A stretch of 15,854 nt of DNA from Candidatus Thalassarchaeaceae archaeon (GTDB lineage: Archaea; Thermoplasmatota; Poseidoniia; Poseidoniales; Thalassarchaeaceae). The position numbers and the translations under genes are program-made. The notes beneath the pieces were generated by a model. It ran no database searches. It worked only from the letters and a program-made list of their open reading frames with translations, and was not told the origin of the DNA. The stretch spans positions 1 to 15,854 of the forward strand of contig JASLKH010000093.1 in NCBI GenBank assembly GCA_030747675.1, in the 5' to 3' direction. Below, in pieces: positions 7,726-14,252 of the stretch (the stretch's first letter is position 1; every line of letters starts with the position of its first letter).

Positions 7726-10155
7726 TCAACTGTTCTTCTTTTTCTCTTTTAACAACAGTTTGCAACGCCTAATTTGTTCCTTGCATCGTTTCTTGTTTTC
7801 ACCTTTTAGAGGCTCACCAACCTCTTTGCCGATAGACTGATTGAAACAATGGATTGCGTTTTCAAATGACTCTAATTCGGCATAAGCAGTGCCCATATTG
7901 TACAATGCATTCCCAGTAGTTAGTGATTTATCGATGCCAAATGCCTTGAAATAAGACTCAATTGCTTCTTTGTATTGTTCCATGTAGTAGAAACAATTGC
8001 CACGTCCATTGAGAATTTTTATTGCCATTCCATTGTCATCTTTGAATGAGGGGAGGGCCCTATCGAAGCAAGAAAGTGCTTCGCTATACCGGTCCTTTGT
8101 TAACAATTCAAGTCCCTTGTTGTACCATTCAATATCTTGGTTAGCCACACTGGATGAATCTGATGTGACTTGGTATTCAGTCATTGCAGCAGCTTGTGAT
8201 TCTAATGCTGCTGCTGCTAAATCAACTTCAGGATTAGAAGTTTGACTTACAATTGGGGTTGGCTCAGAAATTGTATCTAAAGCACTTTCGTGAGCAACAA
8301 TTTCTTGCGTTGTCAGTACGGTTTCCTGTTCGGCTTCTGTCTCGACTTCTTGCTCGATTGAGGTCCAAGGATCTACGATTTCGGAAGGTTCTGATACTTG
8401 CTCGACCACTCGTTCCTCGCTTTCAGGGGCAGGGGGTGTTTCATTGACTTCGATGTCTGCACCTAAATCACGTGCCTTTTTCCTACAAGCAGTTGCTTTG
8501 TCATGACTACCAGCAGCAATGAGAGATTTTGAAAGTCCAATCCACAAGTTTGGATCAGTTTTTTCAAACTCCAGTAAAGTTTTCCAAAGAGTGACTGATT
8601 CTGCATGTTGACCACAGAGTGTATGGGCACGAGCCCTTAACTCAACATTCTCCCGAGTGTTTTCAAGTGGGAGATTCTTCAAGGCTTCAGCGGCCATTGC
8701 AGGCCCCTCGGGCAAGGTTGCCGGCAAGGTCTCATCCAATTCCAGAACATCGCTTTCACCTTCTGCTAATTCAATGAGTAAGGAAGCGAATTTTATTGAA
8801 CTTGGGTGACTAGGTTCCAAAGACATTAGAATTCGGAATGCATTAATCGAGTTTTGCACGTCACCATTTTCCAAACAAGAGAGGGCGAGCCCATTTGCAG
8901 CTTTTGGATACTGCGAATTAATTTCGAGTGCTTTAGCGAAACTCTCAGCAGAACTTTGTGTATCTCCGGACTTACGTTGTAAGGCTCCTAAATTGAACCA
9001 ACATGAGGCGTCATTTGGTTCCAAATCGAGTGAGTAGGTGAAGGCTTCAATAGCACTATCTTGGAGGTCTAAACGCGCCATTGCTCCTGCTGCAACACGC
9101 CAACAACGTGCATGCTCAACCGCTGCCGCAGGGAGGTGATCTCGCAGGGATTCAAGCGCCTCTGCCGGGTTTCCTTCTCGAATCATCTGAGTGGCATTTT
9201 CCGCCAGTGAATCTAAGTCAATTACGAGCTCTTCAGGTACAGATTCAGTAACTTGAGGGGTAGATTCAAGTTCTTTGATTCCACCAGGTGGTTCAGGCCA
9301 TTGTTCCTCTAATGGTGCCTCCTCTATGGGCGCAATTTCTTGTTGAAGAGGTTCTTCCTCTAACGGAACTATCATCTCAAAATCGTTTTCCTCGATTATA
9401 TCCACATCAGGATTTGGGGTTTCAATAATTTCTACTACTTGAGGCGACCCTGGAGAGGTTTCATTTGCTCCTGCAAGTTCAGTTAAGGCAGGGTGTCCAG
9501 GGAAAGAGGATAATCCCATTTTTGCATATTTTACAGCATCCGAATGATTGCCTAATTGAGATGACAATACTGCGAGATTAGCATTACTTGGCCCATGTTC
9601 AGGCTCGATTTCAAGGGCCATCTGGAATGAATTCTGTGCATCGTTAAAATCACCAATTGCTTCACTCATTACACCTCTGTTGAACCAGGCCATATGGTTT
9701 GAAGAATTAACTTCTGTTGCCTTACTAAATGAGTTTCGAGCGCCTGAATAGTCTCCTGAAAGACCTAGTGTTTCACCTTCTTGCATTAATTGGTCGAAAT
9801 CACCGAGATTAGGAGGGTTGCTGTCAAAATTGTCTGGCACCGACTCATTTCTGACCGCGTCCTGATCTGCTCCTTCTGGAGTATATGTGGGGACTGCAAT
9901 ATCACCAATTTTTATTTCAGAGTGCCCCGTGTCAGTCGTAGGTTCTTCTGTAACTTCAGTAACAACACTTGTAACTTCAGTAACAACACTCACTTCTTCA
10001 ATAGAAGTGTGGCTTTCTTCAGACTGATGTTCCTGAGGTTGAGGGGTACGTGGAGCAATTCCAAATAGCGGACCCGAACAAGATGGGCAAGTCGCTTCAG
10101 AGCCACCAAGCGTTGTTGAACAATGGGGGCAATCGTTGTGTCCGTGGTTTGGCAT
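7726..10155 (-). CDS. Tetratricopeptide-repeat protein with N-terminal zinc ribbon and acidic linkers
   Basis: CPHC-x10-CPSC follows ATG 10155, which has GGAGTGA upstream. TPR-like helices include AWFNRGV, CWFNLGALQ, LWIGLSKSL, EWYNKGLEL, ILNGRGNCFY and ALYNMGTAY. They are separated by E/P/V-rich linkers. Confidence 0.9.
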   Translation of the reverse strand: MPNHGHNDCPHCSTTLGGSEATCPSCSGPLFGIAPRTPQPQEHQSEESHTSIEEVSVVTEVTSVVTEVTEEPTTDTGHSEIKIGDIAVPTYTPEGADQDAVRNESVPDNFDSNPPNLGDFDQLMQEGETLGLSGDYSGARNSFSKATEVNSSNHMAWFNRGVMSEAIGDFNDAQNSFQMALEIEPEHGPSNANLAVLSSQLGNHSDAVKYAKMGLSSFPGHPALTELAGANETSPGSPQVVEIIETPNPDVDIIEENDFEMIVPLEEEPLQQEIAPIEEAPLEEQWPEPPGGIKELESTPQVTESVPEELVIDLDSLAENATQMIREGNPAEALESLRDHLPAAAVEHARCWRVAAGAMARLDLQDSAIEAFTYSLDLEPNDASCWFNLGALQRKSGDTQSSAESFAKALEINSQYPKAANGLALSCLENGDVQNSINAFRILMSLEPSHPSSIKFASLLIELAEGESDVLELDETLPATLPEGPAMAAEALKNLPLENTRENVELRARAHTLCGQHAESVTLWKTLLEFEKTDPNLWIGLSKSLIAAGSHDKATACRKKARDLGADIEVNETPPAPESEERVVEQVSEPSEIVDPWTSIEQEVETEAEQETVLTTQEIVAHESALDTISEPTPIVSQTSNPEVDLAAAALESQAAAMTEYQVTSDSSSVANQDIEWYNKGLELLTKDRYSEALSCFDRALPSFKDDNGMAIKILNGRGNCFYYMEQYKEAIESYFKAFGIDKSLTTGNALYNMGTAYAELESFENAIHCFNQSIGKEVGEPLKGENKKRCKEQIRRCKLLLKEKKKNS
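7733..7750 (+). terminator. Candidate oligo(T) archaeal terminator for the TrmB-V4R gene
   Basis: T-rich tract ttcttctttttctctttt begins 8 nt after the TAA at 7723-7725. Oligo-dT termination is established in archaea, but function here is inferred. Confidence 0.4.
9949..9990. repeat. Perfect in-frame 21-bp tandem duplication (SVVTEVT x2)
   Basis: tgtaacttcagtaacaacact at 9949-9969 and again at 9970-9990. Confidence 0.95.
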
Positions 10156-10191
10156 GGTCACTCCCAACCTATGACGCGCACCCACGACGCA

Positions 10192-10208
10192 TAAGCATTC
10201 TCTGCTTA
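10192..10208. promoter_or_regulatory. Palindrome TAAGCA-N5-TGCTTA in a divergent intergenic region
   Basis: Perfect 6-bp inverted repeat with a 5-nt spacer, located between the TPR start (10155) and the PI-PLC start (10276). Confidence 0.3.
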
Positions 10209-10275
10209 CGGTTGACAATGTAATGACACACAACATCAAAAACCTCAGTTTATTGGAATTGATTGAGATGATTCA

Positions 10276-11262
10276 ATGAAGTGGATTTATGTAATTTTCA
10301 TAATTTTGCTATTGCCTGCTATTTTGCCACCGGATTTTATCGAGGAGCCGCCCCTTCCTGATCCTTGCAATGGATCGTCCGAACTTTGTGAGCGGCGATA
10401 TTCTGAGGTCTCATTCCCTGAAACGCACAATGCACATGCATCACTTGATGTTACATTTAGAACCACATCAGGGGCGGAATATCAGTGGATTTTACAGGCT
10501 GCTAACCATCGATACAACATGACTATGCAGTATGATGCAGGATTTAGAGCGTTCATGATAGATGCACATCATCGAACTCCAGGCATCACTGATTTTACTA
10601 ACACCAGTTTCTGCCATGGCACCTATTCTGCAGGTTTTGCACCTTGCTCATATGGATATCAGGAGGGGGTTCATCTTCTAACTGAACTTCATCAAAAAAT
10701 GAATGAAACGCCACGAGATATAGTTACATTACTAATCGAAGTTTATGTCCCTTATGAGAACATAGAATATATTTTTGAGCAATCTGGTCTAATTGATTTA
10801 GTGTATGTTCATGAATTAGGGTCACCTTGGCCCACCCTTTCTGAAATGATAGAAAGTGGAAAGCGGTTGGTAGTTTTCATAGAATCTGCTGATGACCCTC
10901 TTTACCCCTGGTTGCATGATTTTGGAACACACAGTTGGACAACAAATTACGCCGAAAAGTCTTCTTCTGAGATGAAATGTGATTTCTATCGTGGAGAATC
11001 CTCGGCTGAAGTTTGGCACATGAATAACTGGCTATCTGATGCAAGTGGGTTGTCTACTTGGATTGGGGCTGCTGAAGTGAATGAGTACAATTTTTTGTTG
11101 CAAAGGTCAATTGATTGTTGGGAAATGCATGGAAGTCGCCCAACTTTTGTTGCTGTAGATTGGTGGAGCGACGGACAAGCAGTAAACGTGACAAAGACTC
11201 TCAACGCCATGAATCATTGGTCTGATGACCCACCACGGCTGGAAACCACAGATTCCAAGTGA
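10276..11262 (+). CDS. PI-PLC X-domain-like phosphodiesterase, exported or N-terminally anchored
   Basis: Hydrophobic N-terminus MKWIYVIFIILLLPAIL. CNGSSELCERRYSEVSFPETHNAH, NHRYNMTMQYDAGFRAFMIDAH, FCHG, PRDIVTLLIE, WPTLSEMIESGKRLVVF and PTFVAVDWW match the PLC-like phosphodiesterase TIM-barrel family, including both catalytic His motifs. Confidence 0.85.
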   Translation: MKWIYVIFIILLLPAILPPDFIEEPPLPDPCNGSSELCERRYSEVSFPETHNAHASLDVTFRTTSGAEYQWILQAANHRYNMTMQYDAGFRAFMIDAHHRTPGITDFTNTSFCHGTYSAGFAPCSYGYQEGVHLLTELHQKMNETPRDIVTLLIEVYVPYENIEYIFEQSGLIDLVYVHELGSPWPTLSEMIESGKRLVVFIESADDPLYPWLHDFGTHSWTTNYAEKSSSEMKCDFYRGESSAEVWHMNNWLSDASGLSTWIGAAEVNEYNFLLQRSIDCWEMHGSRPTFVAVDWWSDGQAVNVTKTLNAMNHWSDDPPRLETTDSK

Positions 11263-12572
11263 TTCAAACTCCGCTGCGCTTGTCTAGATACACGCTCATC
11301 TGTATCGTCGAGGGCTGCTGCTAAGGGCCCTACGACACGCCCATCGGAAAACCGCTGTAATGCATCTACTACTGCTAATCGGATATCGGGTTCAGAATCT
11401 GAAATCATTTCAACCAATATTTGCATTAACTCTTCACTAGTATCCATTGCCAAACCTTGCATCGCTGCAAGACGAACTGGTACAGATTCATCACCTAATG
11501 CGCGCATCAGATAGGGAGTAGAATTAATTTCAATTCGCGTTATAGCTCGGATTATTTTTTCTCGCAACTCGGAATTATTGTTTGCCATTTCTTTGGCCAA
11601 GTAAAGTGTTGCTTCTGGAGAACCAATTCTTCCAAGGGCGATGATTGCTCCGCGCTTCACTATTTCGGACTCGTTTTTCAGTGATGCAAGCAAAGGTGCA
11701 TTCCAACCGATATTTACCATGGCTGCAACAGCAGTCGTATGCATTTCATCATCCTCAAACAACCGAATGAGAGCTGAACTTGCCCGGCGAACTTTGAGAA
11801 CAGCAAGTGCCTCTACTACGTGAATCCGCTCAGCCGTTTGCAAGTCTGATTTATCTAATAATTGCAATAATCTAGGCACTGCTCTTTGGCCTAAACGGTA
11901 GGCCATTTCAGGGTCACGAATTGCTGCAGCAACACCTTCGTTTATTGTGCGTCTAATTTCGAAAAGGCGCAGTAGTCCCTGAATTAGGATAAAGTCAATT
12001 GTTAACAATAGTAACATAATCAAATGCCTACCATTTAATGAATCAAGCTTTATTGAACTAAGTTGAATACCATACACTTCAGACCAATCTAATATGGATT
12101 TGAATAGTAAATCAACACCTAACAATAGCCAATCAACCATGGAGGCGTCTTCGGGCACTTTGTACAAGTGAAACAGTGAATCGCTAGTTCGTAATAATAG
12201 AGGGATAAGAATTAGGAGTTGGAGGGCTGAAAGTAGTGCACTTATTCGTAAATCAGGCAACTCATCTGGATCTGAATCTGAAAGTTTCCTTGCAATTGAT
12301 GTTCGCAACTTCTCGTTGTTAACCCATGCTCTTCCAACGGAGATTACACCAATGTATCCAATCCAAAGTGCAACGAATGCGATTCTTGAATCGGCACTAA
12401 ATGCGATAAATTGGATGACCCCAAATGCGAAAATTAACGTGAATTGCTGTAAAATGGGCCGATTGATGCTAGTGCCGAACACACGAGAGAAACGAACGAG
12501 CGCGGCATCCAACCTTTGAAGCAACTTGAGCACAACTCTTCGGAAAACAAACCCTCCATAAAGGAACGGCAC
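11214..12572 (-). CDS. Membrane protein with about 4 N-terminal hydrophobic helices and C-terminal HEAT (PBS-lyase-like) repeats
   Basis: Hydrophobic segments at about aa 44-58, 64-84, 109-127 and 183-201. Repeats VKRGAIIALGRIG, VRLAAMQGLA, IRLAVVDALQRF and VSRQAQRSL. The start codon is uncertain (GTG 12572, or a downstream GTG/TTG). Confidence 0.85.
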   Translation of the reverse strand: MPFLYGGFVFRRVVLKLLQRLDAALVRFSRVFGTSINRPILQQFTLIFAFGVIQFIAFSADSRIAFVALWIGYIGVISVGRAWVNNEKLRTSIARKLSDSDPDELPDLRISALLSALQLLILIPLLLRTSDSLFHLYKVPEDASMVDWLLLGVDLLFKSILDWSEVYGIQLSSIKLDSLNGRHLIMLLLLTIDFILIQGLLRLFEIRRTINEGVAAAIRDPEMAYRLGQRAVPRLLQLLDKSDLQTAERIHVVEALAVLKVRRASSALIRLFEDDEMHTTAVAAMVNIGWNAPLLASLKNESEIVKRGAIIALGRIGSPEATLYLAKEMANNNSELREKIIRAITRIEINSTPYLMRALGDESVPVRLAAMQGLAMDTSEELMQILVEMISDSEPDIRLAVVDALQRFSDGRVVGPLAAALDDTDERVSRQAQRSLNHLESVVSSRGGSSDQ

Positions 12573-12637
12573 AATTTCGACGCGATAAGAGCGATTTCAA
12601 TCGACAAGAACATGTGTGGGATGTTGCAGCGGTGACC

Positions 12638-12808
12638 ATGTTGCCAGGTGCGTGGTGGTTTTTACTAGCCATGTGCTCTATTTTGGGAGTGGCCACTTGG
12701 TATCTACGGAATTTCACTGAGCATGACAATGCGGTCAAATTAACTGCATACTCAGGTATTGCTTGTATGCTAGCCTTGGTATTTTGGACATTCACGTTGG
12801 ATGTATAG
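12638..12808 (+). CDS. Small (56 aa) two-helix membrane protein
   Basis: ATG 12638 is preceded by a GGTGA ribosome-binding site. MLPGAWWFLLAMCSILGVATWYL and LTAYSGIACMLALVFWTF are two hydrophobic helices. The stop lies 8 nt before the next gene. Confidence 0.7.
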   Translation: MLPGAWWFLLAMCSILGVATWYLRNFTEHDNAVKLTAYSGIACMLALVFWTFTLDV

Positions 12809-12816
12809 GTGGGATT

Positions 12817-13278
12817 ATGGAAGACCTATCGAATGCATATCCGGTTAGACTACCTGTATGGTGGGGGCGTCGTGGTGCAGCAGGACCTCATCCCGATTTA
12901 CCAGGGATCACGGGAAGGTTTGTCGTCATGCGCCATCCCAAAAAATTTCGACGTCTTGAGAATATATTCGCGAAAATTTTCAGGGCCCCTCCGGAGTTAC
13001 GTCGGCCATTGGATGACATGAACAGTTTGTTGTGGGAATTGTGCAATGGTGAACGAACTTTTGAAGAAATATGTACGATACTTGACTCTACTTTCCATGA
13101 AAGGATTTCACCTGTTAAAGAACGAACAACGGCCTCACTAATTAGAATGTCCAATTTAGGATATATCGGTTTATTGAGGGAACCATTCGATGGAGTTTGG
13201 TCTATTGCACCAGGTCAAGATCCAAGTGGAGAATTGGGGCCACCAGCAGAAAAACTGGGCCTAGATTGGGCAGAATAG
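12817..13278 (+). CDS. PqqD-family / RiPP-recognition-element-like protein
   Basis: LDDMNSLLWELCNGERTFEEICTILDSTF...VKERTTASLIRMSNLGYI is the PqqD-type wHTH signature. The preferred start is ATG 12817, with GGTGGGA upstream. Confidence 0.8.
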   Translation: MEDLSNAYPVRLPVWWGRRGAAGPHPDLPGITGRFVVMRHPKKFRRLENIFAKIFRAPPELRRPLDDMNSLLWELCNGERTFEEICTILDSTFHERISPVKERTTASLIRMSNLGYIGLLREPFDGVWSIAPGQDPSGELGPPAEKLGLDWAE

Positions 13279-13350
13279 GGAGACTAAACATATTATTTGC
13301 GAATTTGACAACAGCAAAAAAAAAGCCTCGTTTCCATTCAAATGGTCAAT

Positions 13351-13361
13351 GAATATTTATG
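13351..13361 (+). promoter_or_regulatory. Candidate archaeal TATA box (TATTTATG, 13354-13361) for a leaderless transcript starting near 13383
   Basis: AT-rich box 22-29 nt upstream of ATG 13383, preceded by purine-rich aatgaa. No Shine-Dalgarno is evident before this ATG. Confidence 0.35.
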
Positions 13362-13382
13362 CTGTTTAGCAGAGTGCAGACT

Positions 13383-13877
13383 ATGCGGAGAATACTTTGG
13401 TTAGTTTTTGGGACTCTCCTCATTTCCATCCCCTCTGTTTCAGCAGAGATTTATATCCCTGGTCCTGAAAAAGATACAATGATGGAATCTAACGAAACTT
13501 ACGAATACACACTTCCAAACTGGATGTCCAAGGCATGTGATAGCAGTTTGGCCTGTCGGTATGAAACCGTTAGTGACAAGAATATTGTCCATACTTATCA
13601 TGGTGTTAATCAAGGTGGGACTCTTGAACTAAAGGTTGTTCAAGGCGATGCGCAAACATACAATATCACAGTATCTGCTTATGATATCACACCAGATGAA
13701 TTAACTGTAAATACAGGTTCAACACTTGTTTTCACAGTCGTTGAAGGAGATAATTTGAGCAACATAATCTTACCTTGGAACCCTGATAAACCCGAGCTCG
13801 AAAGTACAACTCCTGGATTTGGGGTAGAAGTGATTGCCGTTGCAATCCTTGTGGCAATGATTAGACGAAGAGCCTAA
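13383..13877 (+). CDS. Secreted surface protein with PGF-CTERM sorting signal
   Basis: Signal peptide MRRILWLVFGTLLISIPSVSA. The C-terminal STTPGFGVEVIAVAILVAMIRRRA has PGF (13812-13820), a hydrophobic helix and a basic tail, the archaeosortase A substrate pattern. Confidence 0.85.
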   Translation: MRRILWLVFGTLLISIPSVSAEIYIPGPEKDTMMESNETYEYTLPNWMSKACDSSLACRYETVSDKNIVHTYHGVNQGGTLELKVVQGDAQTYNITVSAYDITPDELTVNTGSTLVFTVVEGDNLSNIILPWNPDKPELESTTPGFGVEVIAVAILVAMIRRRA

Positions 13878-13900
13878 CCAAATGTCATTCGATATACCGC

Positions 13901-14215
13901 CTATTCATCTCGGTGTTCGATAATCCACAGATTTTCATCACCTTTTCCCCAGATCAGATGACCCGGTTCGGGAATCTGGAAGTACTTGGTTCGGAATTCC
14001 TTACAGTACTCACCCTCTGGATAGTTATCCATCAGAGAATGGGGTTCTTCAAAGAGAACCCATACTGCCTCTGACCACCGTGGATGGTGCACGTACATGC
14101 GAGCCTTGACACCAGAAACCCATACTGGTATGTCATTATCAGGTGAGCGGTCCTTGACATCCTCGTAGGATACTGGTCGGCGTGTAGATTTTCCTGTGTC
14201 AGCGTGTTTCGACAT
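13901..14215 (-). CDS. Hypothetical protein (about 104 aa, aromatic-rich)
   Basis: Fills the gap between the PGF-CTERM and M6 genes, with no competing ORF and protein-like composition. ATG 14215 (MSKHADTG) avoids overlap with the M6 stop. Confidence 0.65.
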   Translation of the reverse strand: MSKHADTGKSTRRPVSYEDVKDRSPDNDIPVWVSGVKARMYVHHPRWSEAVWVLFEEPHSLMDNYPEGEYCKEFRTKYFQIPEPGHLIWGKGDENLWIIEHRDE

Positions 14216-14252
14216 GGAATTCAGTGTTTCCCTGAACCCTATAAACGATTGC

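Noticed and set aside
555-12519. Remaining 60-105 aa ORFs nested within S8, ydeP, fdhD, trmB, TPR, PI-PLC and HEAT genes
   Set aside because: All lie inside long motif-bearing genes, on the opposite strand or in alternative frames, at lengths expected by chance.
12469-13154. Minus-strand ORFs 12469-12795 and 12888-13154, and + strand ORF 12809-13021
   Set aside because: They overlap better-supported genes that have RBSs and family motifs, and show no recognisable features.
12638-13278. Calling the microprotein plus PqqD a RiPP biosynthetic gene cluster
   Set aside because: No maturase, dedicated protease or exporter is adjacent, and the small ORF looks like a membrane protein. Kept only as a hypothesis.
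13316-13324. A9 homopolymer in the PqqD/PGF-CTERM intergenic region
   Set aside because: Non-coding, so not a frameshift switch. As a T-run it is on the wrong strand to terminate the flanking + genes. It is too weak to call.
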